DNA of 64,000 nucleotides from Octopus vulgaris (Eukaryota): positions 88,226,001 to 88,290,000 of the forward strand of contig OX597816.1 in NCBI GenBank assembly GCA_951406725.2. The letters are read 5' to 3'. A program made the translations under genes and the position numbers. Of the stretch, positions 26,494-40,376 are shown in pieces. Each line of letters begins with the position of its first letter. Positions within the stretch are counted from its first letter, which is position 1. Below the pieces are notes generated by a model. That model searched no databases and had not been told where the DNA came from. It saw nothing but the letters and a program-made list of their open reading frames with translations.

Positions 26494-27964
26494 TGAAATT
26501 TGGATTAGAAAAATGCGCCAAAGTAACCATGAAAAGAGGAAAACTAGTTAAGTGTAACAACATCACACTAGATAAAACCAATGAAATAAAAGAATTAGAC
26601 CAAAGCCAAACTTACAAATACTTAGGAATCCATGAACTAGATAAGACACAACACACACAAATGAAAGAGAAAATAAAAAAAGAATATTATAGACGAGTTA
26701 GATCAATACTAAACACAGAGCTCAATGCTAAAAACAAGATAATAGGTATCAACACTTTAGCTGTCCCAGTTATAAGTTACAGCTACAATATCCTTAACTG
26801 GACACGAAATGAACTGACCAAAATAGATAGGAAAACAAGAAAAATAATGACAGGATCTAGGATGCATCACCCAAAATCTGACATAGAAAGACTATATATA
26901 CAACGTATAGAAGGTGGTAGGGGCCTTATACAGCTGGAAAACTACTATAAAATAACCACCATAGGACTGCAAAAATATCTACTTCAGAAGGAAGGAAAAC
27001 TGATCCAGATAGCCGCAAAACACGAGCAAAACAAAAAACTGTTCTCAGTATTTAAGGAAGCTGAGAAATACAAACAAGAAATCATACCACCTAATAAACA
27101 TGAAGAAGAAGAAGAAGATGATGAAGAAACAACAAAAGCTATAAAACAAATGAAATCCAAACTAAAAATAGAACAGCAACGAACCATGATAAAACGATGG
27201 CAAGAAAAGCCCCTTCATGGTAAATACTGGACTAAACTAAACGCAAAAGAAATAGACAAAGAAAAATCCCAGCAATGGTTGAGAAGCTCAGGACTCAAAG
27301 CAGAAACAGAGGGATTTTTAATTGCAGCACAAGACCAAAGCCTCCCCACCAGAAATTACCAAAAACATGTAATGAAAAGAAATATTACAAGTAACTGCAG
27401 AATATGTGGAGATGGACAAGAAACAATAAATCATATTATCTCTAGCTGCCCAGTCCTGGCTAAGAAGGAATATATTCACAGACATGACAGAGTTGGAACC
27501 TACATACATTGGAAGCTATGCCAGCATTATGGAATAACAACAGAAAAAAGATGGTATAGGCACACACCAGAAAAGGTCACAGAAAACGAGAAAGCAACCA
27601 TACTCTGGGATATGCCGATACACACAGATAGAGAAATTAAGGCCAACAGACCAGATATAGTTGTCAGAGATCATGAAGAAAAAAATGCTTTCTAATTGAT
27701 GTATCAATACCGGCTGATGACAACGTGTCTCTAAAAGAAATGGAGAAACTCTCAAAATACAAAGACCTGGAAATAGAAGTAACTAGAATGTGGAATCTGA
27801 AAACAGAAACAATTCCTATCATAGTAGGTGCATTAGGCATGATAAAAAAATATTCATACAAATACATAACAAAAACACCAGGACTTACAAACACATATAA
27901 CATACAGAAAATTGCACTACTAGGCACTGCACACATCCTACGCAGAACACTTTCCATACAATAA
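26493..27964 (+). pseudogene. R4/Dong ORF C-terminus (RT end, CCHC zinc knuckle, PD-(D/E)xK endonuclease) with one frameshift
   Basis: Motifs MKFGLEKC, YKYLG, GGRGL, AAQDQ, CRIC..ETINHIISSC, RHD and RPDIV. Adding one A to the run at 27679-27685 restores ..EEKKCFLIDVSIP..KLSKYKDL..LGTAHILRR. Confidence 0.9.
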
Positions 27965-28057
27965 CCATCAGAGCATCACAACAAATCACAGCACATATCA
28001 AGGCACACAGAGCTGCGCTCGGTAGTGAAGTGAAAGCACGCTATAAAAATAAAACTA

Positions 28058-28060
<3 letters not shown>
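26493..28060 (+). mobile_element. 5'-truncated R4/Dong-clade RLE LINE inserted in (AAT)n
   Basis: Long (AAT)n on both sides. Encodes the RT thumb, a CCHC knuckle and an RLE. Confidence 0.92.
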
Positions 28061-28126
<66 letters not shown>

Positions 28127-28139
28127 TAATAGTAATAAT

Positions 28140-31121
28140 ATACTTTTTTGTTGACCACAAGGACCGAACACAAAATGAAGTAGTGGGGCTTAGCGCAGGG
28201 TAGTGTATACAATACAAGCAATAACAATTCACCACAAAACTTAAATAAAATTTCCCATATCGGGGTAGGCTGAGCTAACCAAGGAACCTCACACATCATG
28301 TTCTTCTAGACCGCCAAGGGAACTTATGTAGGCACTTTTCTCATCCACAACTCTTGCAGGCTTACAAGCCTATGTTCAAAGTAGACTCATTCCCACGGAT
28401 CATCCACGCCACATTCATCCATCTTTCACCAAAATACTGCGAGACAGTACTTTTCTCACTCCCCTCACTTTCTCTTCCAAGCAGAACCTGAGGAAGTCAA
28501 TGAGGGTTTGGTCGAAGAAGAAACTATCTGTCTTCAGTCCTTTCAACCCCGTTCATTACACTATCTCTTTCGCCATAACCACCAGACAGGGAAATTGCCT
28601 TGCACTTCCTGGTCTAAATAAGGCGGCGGTATGATACGATGCACTCACCTGATAACGAGATCCGTCCTACACGCATCAACAACTGTTCGACAAAGCTCCA
28701 GAAGTCCGGAATGACCGGGCATTGGACGAATACATGAAGAACGGTTCCATCCCTTTGTGTCTGTAGAGCTTGTCTCGAACCAGCCGATCCTCTCCCTCGT
28801 GGAAATGCCAAGCCAGCGATTTCTGAAATTATCCTTAGGTCTCAACCAAAACGTCCTCCGGAAAAGATCTAAAACACCACTTTCGTTATTACTCACATCT
28901 AAGACCACCAACGTACCATCTGCGTCCAGGAAGATCATCCGTATCTCGAGATCCAGAACTTTCCTAAACAGCACTACCATTCCACCTCTCATTCCAGACC
29001 GACTAAGAGGTGCGTAAATCTCAAAGTTGTCAAGAACAGGGGCCAGATCGTGTGTCAGAAATCCTGGTCTCCCCGACGCCCGATACATCCATAGCTAGTG
29101 ACCAGAGGTCGTTGAATAGATGGCATTGCCTTCATTTATACAACCCACTCTTAAAAGTACCATGATGCTCGGAAAGTGTTCAGGGAAGGAAAAATGGGGA
29201 GGGTGCTACTTACCTACTAGATGTCGCTGGAAGTCAGGTGTTTCAACCATCATATCATGTTATGGTTCCTTTGGGAACCTCCTTCAAAACCTTATTCTTT
29301 CACATTAGTGTGGCTGGTTGCTGCTGTTGGGAGAGTTCCATTTAGTGATTTGTTATGGTTGTGGTAGGGTTTACAAAACTGGTTGTGATAGCGGTGGATG
29401 TTCTAACAATCGTGGTACTGGAGAGACTGGTGTTGCTGTAGGTGCGTCTATGATTGTTGTGTTTTGGTCTCAGTGTTTTGGCGAGTGGTATGTGGTGGTA
29501 TCGTATGATGTTTTCTTGTGTTTTATTTTAGTATCTTTGGTTTGGGAGGTATCCCTTCATTTTCACTACTTGATGCAGAGGCATCAGTGTTTGTGGAATA
29601 TGGGTGAGTGTTTATGTGTGTATTTGAGTTTAGAGAAGGTGGAGTGAGTGAGGGAGAGTTTCATTGGAAGAGTCCTTGGGTGTTGTGTTTGTTATTATTC
29701 TTTCTGCTGTAGTAGTGGTGCATCTTGTTCTGTTGTTGTTGCTGGTGTTGGTGTTCTTCCAGCATTTACTGATTTTGCTGTTCCTGTTCAGGATACCATT
29801 GTTGCTGGGGTCGGTGTCGCTTTTGCTCTTGTTCACTGGTGGTTTACTTCTTGTGGCTTTTGGGGACCCGGTGCTAGCAGTAAGGGGGTTGTATGATTCC
29901 CTGACTTTGTTGAGACAAGAAAGCTTTCAAGTGGTCAGTTTCCCCGCACAGTTGGAACCAAGGCCTTCTTCACTGGCTCAAGGGAGGCGAATTAAGTTTG
30001 GGATTTTGTGGTTCCTGTTTGCTTTGATGTGAAGTAAAACATCCATACTGATCCCACACAAATTTTCCAGACAGGTTGGCTTCAACTACAGGGGGCACCT
30101 CTCTTTCAAGACGACGCAGGCCAAAATCCACCATATATTAACCGCATGTGGAATTCCTGAGATCTTCCCGCTCACTGTCCTTCCTAAATTATGATGAATG
30201 GAGTACATATGCTTCGCATCGACAGCAAACCACAGAGTAATTCGCTGTCGGTACAGTAGCACAGAAATGCCCGCCAATTGCTTGACTCTCGGGATATACT
30301 GAATGTTGGGTATTATTACTTTCAGCACCTCTTCTACGTCTAACTGATTAACTGTCTCCGGCTATTTTGTGTTTTTTGAAATACAATTATATATTACAGT
30401 TTTTGTGTATTTATGTCATCATCTCGAGCTGGGGGGATGTCTATGACATCCCATAATATTTCAAGCTTGACTAGTTTGGCCGCTTGGGCCAGACGTATAT
30501 CTTTCTTTAGGATATCCATCTAACACAGTTCACTGCTGTTTAACAGCCGTTGCTTCGACTGTACTACAGTTGCCATTGTTGTTGGAAATGTTGGAAATGT
30601 TGCTATTTGTGTTGCCGAGGCTGCTGTTCTTTTAATTTTCCCCTTCTGTCATAATATTTGTTGATACAGTGGTCGTGGTCGTGGTGATAGAGTTGGTAGT
30701 GACTATGTTTGTGGTCATGTTGTCACTGTCGTTTGGTGTTTGTGGTATTTCCACTGGATCTTTTCCTTTTGATGGACGGAATTTTCTAGTTAACTAAAAA
30801 ATTTGAAACTTCGTATACTTGTAGAATGTGTCAAAAGAAAACATTATTGTAAACAAAATTGAAAACAAAATTGTAATTTGTAAGTTTAACGTAGTTTAAT
30901 TCTTGGAATATTAACCAATAAAATCCCAGCATCTTCGAAATTTAACCAATGAAATCCGAGCATTTGAGCTCAAATCATTTGCTGCGTTATCGATATTGAT
31001 AAAGAAACATAGCAGACGCATGCCGCATACACACACACACATATATATTCAGATACATACACACGTACACTTGCACACACACACACACACACATATTCAG
31101 ATACATACACACGTACACTTG

Positions 31122-31153
<32 letters not shown>

Positions 31154-32400
31154 CTGTCACTCTCTCTCTCTCTCAAACACATGCATATACATTTGCACAA
31201 GCACATAGTAATTAATATATAAGCGTACACACACATACAAACGGACATATACATACACACACATACGCACACAAGCATACATACACGTTCGTGAGTTGCC
31301 CCTTGCCGCAACAAATTTACACAAAAGGTAAATAAACCAGAAGGTGTGGTCAATGTTTCATCGTTTCGGGGTCGATAAATTAAGTACCAATTACGCACTG
31401 GTGTCGAGGATTTTTTTCCCAATTTATTTTACAGCTTCCGACAAGCTGGGGCATCCTTTTCTGAAAAAAATATTTCGAAAATTTTTACAATACGACTCAC
31501 ACTCTACGCGCAAACTCTAGACCGCTTTAGGCATATTATTGTTTTGTTTTTGTTGTTTCTGGCCCTTCAAAACCATGTGAGAAGCCTTTTCGGTAAAAGA
31601 AAATAAAGAAAATATTCAAAAAATATCGTTAATATTTTTATTGGGCGACGAAATTCATCGATTTAAGAGATATAGCTGTTATTTCTAGCACATGCAGAAG
31701 ACAGAAGGCAGAAGTGAGAAAGGATGAATAAGACGTGTGTGTGTGACTTTTTAGACGCAGCAAATGATTTGAGCTCAAATGCTGCGATTTCATTGGTTAT
31801 AATTCGTAGAATTAAACTACGTTAAACTTACAAATTACAATTTTGTTTTCAATTTTGTTTACAATAATGTTTTCTTTTGACACATTCTACAAGTATACGA
31901 AGTTTCAAATTTTTTAGTTAACTAGAAAATTCCGTCCATCAAAAGGAAAAGATCCTTTCCACTTTAATTGGAGGTAAAGTCAATTTCATAATTGGAATTA
32001 AGTCCCCGTATTGTATTATCGTTGCTGTTGCTGCCGTTGTTGTTGTTGTTGTTGTAGTTAAGCAACAAGGCAGGTAAGGGTGATTAGGTGATGGTCTAGG
32101 GCTTAAGGGCAAGAGACCCCAAACCTTGGTCGTCTTGTTGTAGTCAAGTGCTCTTCATTGACGCCCGACACCACTGGGAGGTGGCCCTCGAAGTCGCTGG
32201 AAATGGAGATCTCCAGGTCCAAATTCTTGAACGGCTGCTGTTGCTGCTGCTGTTAGCCGTCATAATAGCAGCGTGGTTCACAAGACGCTCAACTTGGTAA
32301 GTGTTCAGCTCCCCTTCCATTTGAGGGTTGAAAGTGGAGGACTCTGACGTACGTACTTACTCATTATCATACCTACCTCCGATATCCTTTTCTATGTCTC
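28140..32400 (-). mobile_element. Decayed, internally deleted Tx1/L1-clade LINE (ORF1, APE endonuclease and C-terminal remnants)
   Basis: 28380-28810 is homologous to the 17222-17700 C-terminus (TVLHVFVQCP..FVEQLL.RVGRI.LS). 28870-29090 is APE-like (RGGMVVLFRK..DADGTLVVLDV). The 3' end resembles 16845-16890. The 5' boundary is uncertain. Confidence 0.7.
30756..31955. mobile_element. Non-autonomous DNA transposon with ~200-bp TIRs and 8-bp TSD (Merlin-like)
   Basis: TIRs GGATCTTTTCCTTTTGATGGACGG... at 30756-~30988 and ~31756-31955. TSD TTTCCACT at 30748-30755 and 31956-31963. Confidence 0.92.
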
Positions 32401-32644
32401 TGCTCAAGGTGGACTTCACCATGTTTCTTTTTACGATTATTTTTCCCTAAACGAAATGAAAATTTTCATCTTGAATTTGAGCAACCAAAACGGAAGAAAC
32501 ATGCAAGTCAAGCAGACCTAAGCAATGCTGGTGGTTTCAAAAAGCGTTTTGTAACAAAATTAAGCTAACAACTTTTGGAGACACAAATATAACGATAAAC
32601 ATACAAACGATACGACACGCGACAAGCCAGTGCGAATAATAATA

Positions 32645-32770
32645 ATCCTTTCTACTAAAGACACAAGGCCTGAAATTGGTGGGGAGGGGCCTACAGAATT
32701 TCATCGACCCCAGTGTTTCACTGCCACTTGATTTATTGCTCCCCGAAAAGATGAAAGGCAAAGTCGCCCC
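32645..32770 (-). mobile_element. SINE family A 3' fragment
   Basis: CACAAGGCCTGAAATT..TCGACCCCAGTG..GATGAAAGGCAAAGTCG. Confidence 0.7.
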
Positions 32771-33382
32771 TCCTCTTCCAATGGGTACTCAGTGCTGCTG
32801 AAATCATTCACACGATACTATGGCCATTTAACAGCCCCCTTCTCCAAAATATATTAGCCTTTTCTATTACTTTCTATGTTTGCTAAAACTTTGAGATGTT
32901 TATAGACTTTTATATCTTAAATACGATGGGATTTTTGATAAATTCCTTCATCGTAAATACGATGGGGTGTTTATAGATAGACTACTATAACTTTTGAAAA
33001 CTGTGAGATGTTGTTTATAAATTTCTATATCATAGCTATGCTAGTCCCAACCTGTCGACGCTCCTCTCAAATTCCTGTCGGAATTTACATACCATGGACA
33101 AGAAGCCCCTTTACCCATTCCATACAGCACATCCCTTGGATAATGGAACTGCAAATGTAACATCCAACATATATTTTTATTTTTATTCTCATATTTCCCT
33201 TTATACTTCCTGTATCCCTCCCTTTCCAAAGTAACTTCTTGCATTGAAATCTACTATTTCCTTCTATTTAACTCTCTCATATCATTTTTACCTCCGAAAC
33301 AGCCGTAAGACTACCTTTCTTTCTGTAAATGTCCTAGAAATTTCACACTTCCTTGGCTCATTTGTTGTCTCATTTATATTTA

Positions 33383-33420
<38 letters not shown>

Positions 33421-34268
33421 GTGTGTGTGTATACACGTCCCACAGTTTTGAGCTGTAGGGAAAGTCTCTACTTTGATCTGTAATAGCATCAGCCGTGCTC
33501 AAGTCTTATGAGTGGATTCTAGTAGACGAACTGAACAGATTAGTTTTTTCACATCTTGAAAGACTAAGTCTGCCATGGTATTATGTTTAAAAATTACTCA
33601 GCCATCTGAACCTGTAAGCTATGTTGTTTTTAATTTAACCTCAGGCAGACTCTGATCAGCATGTTGTTTCAATAAAGATATTCCAGCGGTGAAGATAACA
33701 TATTATTCGACCTTGAATTAGTGTAATCTATCTCGTAATGTGTCCGTCCTCTTTTGTACGACGCATCTAAGATTGGAATGAAATTTGGCTGATATTTTTA
33801 ACAGGTGAAGTTGCCATATACAATTTTCTAAATTGCCTCAAATTACATCAGACGACGATGACTGGGCAGTTCCGCCGATCGAACAACCAAACCTGTTTAC
33901 ATCGAAATTTACGCGAGATGTATGAAATAAGTGGTATGAAATACAATTCTGCAGACAGTTAGACTATAGTTTTGAGCATTTCTTATATTCTTAGATTTAT
34001 TTTAGCAAAACAAGCAGAGAACTGCGTTAACCTCGTCAGTAGAACTTTCACCCAATTACCAGCTAATTGATTTAGATAGTCTATGTCTAATCTATGTCTG
34101 AAAACTGTCCTCAGTAATTACTAATCTTTTCAGTTTCTTTGAAGAAGTCTTTACAGATTATAATGTTCTTTCAAAGTCTTCAACCTCTGCTTCTATTCTT
34201 GCTAAACTAAAATTCCTATAGACACGACTATCTATTTAAAAGTATGTAAATTTATATATATTTGTGTT

Positions 34269-34404
<136 letters not shown>

Positions 34405-34887
34405 TATATGTATGTATGTATATATGCATGTATGTATATATGTATATATATATATGTATATATGAATATATATATATGCTTATATATATATAAGCTTATA
34501 TATATATGTATGCTTATATGTATGCATATTTATGTATACTTGTTAATGTATGAGCGTATGCTTTTATGTATGTATGTATATATGCGTAGAGATTTCTATG
34601 TAAGTACGTTTCTATGTATGAACGTTCTAGAGTTCTTTAGTTTGTTTTACCTATCAGGGCTGACGTCATGCTGATGAATGTACATATAGGTATGTGTTTA
34701 TGTATAAGTGTGTCTCTGTATGCCTGCGCACATGTGCGTATCTACTGTTAGGCACGCACATACTCAATTAACTCGCCAGCACAGGTTGTAGTTACTTATG
34801 TAGGCAATTACAAGAAGCTTTAATAAATAGAGAAAAAAATTGATAGTGAAAATAAAACTGAGATGAAGTAAATAAATAATATTAAAA

Positions 34888-34997
<110 letters not shown>

Positions 34998-35784
34998 CAT
35001 TATTATTAGAGAGAGATAAAAGACGAAAGAAAGTAAGATCTACGTCCAAATCACCTGAAGCAGTGTCAACAGACATCGTGAACTTTTCAAAAACTCATTG
35101 TCTGCTCACTGAAAATATGATAATTTAATCAAGAATTTTTTTTTTCTAATCGCAAAATAGAAAGACAGAACTACGAGAAACGCATCAGTTAAAAAGAGGG
35201 GTCCAAAAACAGCCTCTAGCGAATAACAGTAGGAAGCAAATTGTAAATCACTGTTATATTTCTTTAAGCTTTTCATCAGGAGATGAAACTATAAAGAAAA
35301 ATCATGAAAACAAGAAGAAACGGGAAGGGAGGAAATCAATAGCGCATAACGAACCTGAAAACTAGACTGATGTGTGTATTTGTTGTTTATTGAGGCGAGA
35401 AATTTAATCTGAGGCTTATCAATACTAGTTTATTTTGCTTTTTAACCTTACATTCTTTTTGTTTTCTTCACTTTCTTTTCCTTCTTTCTTTCTTTCTAGT
35501 TTTCATTTATTCTGCGTCTGTGGACATTAACCTATATTTACATATTTAACTATTTTAGCGTGCGCCGTAGAAGAAAGTAGAAAATCTTGTGATGTGTCAA
35601 GTTTGTGGTTCGATCTCGATAACCGCCCGTATAATTTCCTCACATTATCATATTTCCTAAATACTTTTCCGTTCCTCAGTCTTGCACAAAAATAGGACTT
35701 CTGGGTCATGTGAAAAGACATATATGCTTTTAATACATTGTTGCAGCATTTTATCAGCATGCGTTGCAGAGTCCAAACAATCTG

Positions 35785-35985
35785 GGTTGCGGATCCGTGG
35801 AATAAGCTGCCGGACGAGATAGTGAAGATGCCGACGACCGCTCGGTTCAAAGTCTCTCTTCACCAGAAATGGCCTGAACTCTTTGTATGACCACCCTCCC
35901 TGTACATAACTCCCTGTCCCCCTACATGGCCTTGCTTTTGCGTTTTGAGCCAATAAAAATTGAATTGAATTGAATTGAATTGAAA
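35785..35985 (+). mobile_element. CR1-clade LINE 3' end with (ATTGA)n tail
   Basis: Reads VADPWNKLPDEIVKMPTTARFKVSL (CR1 WN.LP motif), followed by AATAAA and (AATTG)x5. Confidence 0.8.
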
Positions 35986-36542
35986 CTGATGGCGGTCTGC
36001 ATCAGAAAGACTTGTAATATTCTGAAAAATCAACAGGAAAAGTACAGTGAAAATAGCGTAAGGAGAAGTGTATAGAAAGTTTCAGACTGAGTCATTATTC
36101 AAAATAAAAACGGCAGAAAGAAAATAGAAAAGAATTTGAAGAATTAGCTGCGACTGTCGAAAACGCAAGGCAGCGTGTGCGCCATTAATAGAAAAACTGG
36201 ATTAGAACGGGAGAAGGTAAGAGAAATGAAAATAGGAAAAGGGAGTCGGAAGATGGTGAGGTGGAGGGAAAATTTGAAGTGGGGAGCTGAAGGACAGGTA
36301 AGAGGAGGAGTAGAAGAAAAAAGAATGCTCATTTAAACTCGTCGGTGACGCGGTTCCTATTTTGAGTATTAACATTGGACCTTCTTTTTTTAATCTTGCA
36401 TTTTTTCTCCCTGTCTTTTTTTCCTTGCACTGTACATTATAAAGAATAAGAAATGAGCTATTTCTAGCAGACTGAGTGACTGCAAAAGGATTTCTCCATG
36501 AGATTGCAGCAGCACAGTTTAATATAACTTTCCATTATGGGA

Positions 36543-37381
36543 TACAAAGTATATTCCAGAAGTTTTGAGACTTTGGTAGGAGAAACATTTATTAATTTCA
36601 AACATCTCTACAAAACTCTAGTTTCCTAGAAAATAGGATCCTTTGACTTTGATGAACTTGTCATAGCACACCAGCCACTTTGTAAAGACTCCGTGGAGGT
36701 CCTTCAAAGTGAAGGTGTCCAGGACTCTTGTCATAACCTCATCCATCCTCTCCTTCAGCTTGGGAGAATAACCAAATGTCAATGAGCAAGGTCAGAGCAG
36801 TCGGAAGGACGAGGGACAGTTTTGATATCCATCTCTGCCAAATAGTTGTGGTTACCTGGAAGTTGCTATGACCTTTTGCGACGAAATCTTTTCCTGAACT
36901 GACTCAAAACCTCCACAAGTAATTGTTGTTGACCGTCTAACCGGGTGTTTTCAGTTGATGTAGATGATGCCCTTCCTGTCAAAGAAAGGGGGTCATGATA
37001 AGCTTTCCGGTGTACTTCTTTTACCTGACTAGTGGTGTAAGCGAAAAACATACCAACATTCATACATGTTAATCTGAAAGATGTTTGGAGCATGTCATAT
37101 GTTTCTATAACGTTTTTACCAGATTTAACACAAACCTTTATTACATAGCGAGTTTCTAAGTTGTCTCCTTGAGTCGACTGCATTTTTCAAACTAGTCAGC
37201 TGTGACAACCTGTATTAAGTAGGGTATGTTCAAAGTGCTGTTTCAGCGATCGTCTTCGATCTAAAGTAGCAAAACATTGTCAAGTAAGCTTATTAAATGT
37301 ATAGTAGTGATATACAAAATTACAATAATGTAAAACAGTGCCTCACCTAAAAGAGTCTCAAAACATCTGGCACTTTAAAAC
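36543..37381 (-). mobile_element. Internally deleted mariner transposon
   Basis: ETRYVIKVCVKSGKNVIETYDMLQTSF is a mariner HTH. Imperfect TIRs CCAGAAGTTTTGAGACT and AGTCTCAAAACATCTGG. Confidence 0.75.
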
Positions 37382-38368
37382 TGGTGTCATTTCACAATCC
37401 TAGACTAAGATTCTTACAGAGATGGAAACTGGATGAGTGAAGTTACGATTTACGAGAGAGGAGTATATCTCAACTAGTAAAAGCGTTGAAAAATGTAAGG
37501 AAAGAAACGGGGAATGTAAAGTACAAACAACATATTACAATGTAACAGTAAAGGGTGAAAATTTTAGATAAGAAATAGAGAATGCTTTTACACTTCCACT
37601 CTTTCTAAATCTCTACTTGTACATGAAACCACCAGCAATAAATGACTATGCATCCAAGCAAAGCAGCGTAAAGTAATCAATATTTGAATTTGATGTCTCA
37701 GATATGGTTACAGGAGAAAAGAAGTTGGATCTCGAAAGTAAGTATGAATAAAATCAAAGCTGAAATGATGGATTGAAAGAAATAAAAGATAATGAAAGGC
37801 TTTGGTTGACAGTTCTTAGTCGATTTAGTACCTTAGAGATCAGATCCACTGTAGGGAATCCACAGGAACGACACAGTTGATCTTTTCAATATTATTGTTT
37901 TCATGAATAAGCAGAAAGCTGTATATTTGTAGGAAACAGGAAACAAAATTCATGCTTCTTCCGGAGAACATTACTAGCGAAATTAACTGGGAATTACATG
38001 TTTGCTCGACAGTATTCGCTAAGTTGAAACAATGTTGAAATCATCCTATCAGATCAAGCGTTTTTATATTACGCTTTCTGTCTGTGTCAACTTTGATGTA
38101 AGTAAAGACACACTGATCTGTATGCATCGGAAAATATAAGTTGCGATCTAATTGTATAGTTGAATCCTGACATTTGTACAAGGCTGCACATTTATTACGA
38201 AATTTAAGCCAATACTTGACAGATACTTAAAATATTGATTCTCGAAAGCATAAACAGCAAAACTGAGATAAACTGAACAAAATGCTGATATACTCTACTA
38301 TGTTTGCCGCTTCATTTCGCTCCAATACACACACATATACGTATTAATTGAATATATATGTGTGTGTG

Positions 38369-38404
<36 letters not shown>

Positions 38405-38405
<1 letters not shown>

Positions 38406-38610
38406 AAATCGAATATATTAAAAGTTGGACAAACAATCGAACATTAAAAATAGCAATAACAAAACAAGAGGACGTATGCATCGAATGTATTGGTTTAGCG
38501 CTCAGGAAAGGTGGAAGAAAGAATAGGTTTTTAACGTTTTGAGTATAGCTCTTCGTCAGAAAGGAAAACGGAAAAGTCCAGAGAAGGAAAAATTTTACGA
38601 CAGCACGTTC
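38405..38610 (-). mobile_element. Short Penelope-like repeat with hammerhead motif, next to (TA)n
   Basis: Minus strand TTT-CTGACGA-A-GAG CTATA CTC-aAAA-CG-TT-AAA at 38528-38563. The G of GAAA is mutated. Confidence 0.6.
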
Positions 38611-39779
38611 CGGAGTTGCTATATGTTTGTTATTAATAGGGTTAAAAACCTTCCTCAACTTACAGACTACAGTTTTAAAATATGTGCAGCTCATTGGACA
38701 ATATTGTTCAGGATATGCATTAGTTTACAGAAAAACAGGATTTTCTTTTCTGGAACACACTTCATCATAGATCCCTACACAGCCATACATAGCTGACAAA
38801 TCTCATCTATTTCGGCTTATAATGGTAAGGTTTCGGCGTATTGAGATTATGTACCAAGCGTATAATAAGAGCTCAATTCAATTATTCCATTCCGACGCTA
38901 TCTACCTTGTGATTATTTAAGGAAAAAATATAGTACTTGATGTTGCACTTCTGATGTTGTCATCGTTTATTGTAGTTCTATAATTAGAGGTCTTTCAGTC
39001 TTAAACAACCCCTCTTTATTTTTCCTTTCGGATATAGCGTACTATTTGGCAATACATTATTCAAATTGTCTTTCTGTTTCAAGATAGTGAGGTAACACTC
39101 AAAAGATTGGAGTGGAGGGTTATTTTAGTTTGATGAATGTCCCTCCCTCCCCAACCCGCTATAGAAACTGGCTTGCCAGAAGAACAGTTCACTACTCTAG
39201 ACAGCGGGAACAGTTTCAATTTGTTGAATGACTCTTATAACGAACTCAGATCATTGTGGGAGAAAAGCCATCTGTGAATTACCCAGCATCCTATTGAAGG
39301 ATTTAGCTTTATGAAAACCGGAAATAAGAATCAGCTCTCATGAATTCTTATAGATACAATAACGATCAGCAAATTTAGTTTTACATAATATGTATTTTGT
39401 GTGTAGTTTACTATATTTCACATAAATATAATTAACAAATATGTTCTCTACCAACTCACAAACCATTGTAAGAAACGAGAGCAATCTCAACAAGATATTC
39501 TGTTGATCAAATCAATTCGTGTCTCTACATAAGAAGACAAGATATCTCAGGCCTTCTGGCATTAATTATTATAAATAAAAGTTAAACAAATTTCTATAAT
39601 TTTCTGATAATCCAATTTGCCAAATGTGTGAAATACGAAATAGCAAAGTTTTGGAACTATTTCAATGAAGATTATGTATAATGTTTAAAAGCAGGATTTT
39701 ACAGTGTGACAAAGGTGGTAAAGCTGAATTTCTAAGTCATAGTCGACCTTCACTTGTAAATATATTATATAAATACATT

Positions 39780-40005
39780 CTTTTACTCCTTTCAGTCATA
39801 AGCCTAGTACTTATTCTATCGGGTTCGTTTGCCGAACCGCTAGGTAACAGGTATATAAATACACCGGTATTTGTTGTCAGGCGATGGTGGTGGTGGTGGT
39901 GGGGCAAACACAGACACACACACGTAAATATATATGCATATATGTACAACGGGCTCCTTTCAGCTTCTGTCAACCAAATCTACTCACAAGGCTTGGGTCG
40001 GCCCT
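39780..40005 (-). mobile_element. SINE family B fragment
   Basis: GCCTAGTACTTATTCTATCGG..GCCGAACCGCTA..ACGGGCTCCTTTCAG. Confidence 0.75.
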
Positions 40006-40310
40006 GTATAGCAGGATTTCATGGGAGAGCTGCAATCAGAAAACCACTACATTCAAAAACAAAGGTTGCAAAGCATTTAGAGTGGAGTAAAAACCTACAG
40101 AATTGGTCCCTAGAGCAATGGAAGACTGTTATTTTCTCGAACGAGTCATACTCTACTTATTTCCGACCACCGGCCGAATATACGAGTGGAGACAGCCAAC
40201 AGAAGCATTTGACCCAGACTGCCTCCTTGCAACTGTTAAACATGGAGGAGGATTTGTGATGATCTGGGGGTCTACATCTTGGAAATTCGTTGGACCAATG
40301 GTTTCCCTTT
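40006..40310 (+). pseudogene. Tc1-family transposase fragment
   Basis: AGFHGRAAIRKPL..WSLEQWKTVIFSNES, then frameshifted ..DCLLATVKHGGGFVMIWG. Confidence 0.9.
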
Positions 40311-40339
40311 TTTCGAAGTTTATGAATTCTCATGACTCA

Positions 40340-40376
<37 letters not shown>

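Noticed and set aside
29318-30032. Hydrophobic plus-strand ORFs
   Set aside because: Antisense translation of the ACA-rich low-complexity ORF1 region of the decayed Tx1.
39681-40259. 192-aa ORF as a novel chimeric protein
   Set aside because: Chance read-through from a SINE B fragment into a frameshifted Tc1 remnant.
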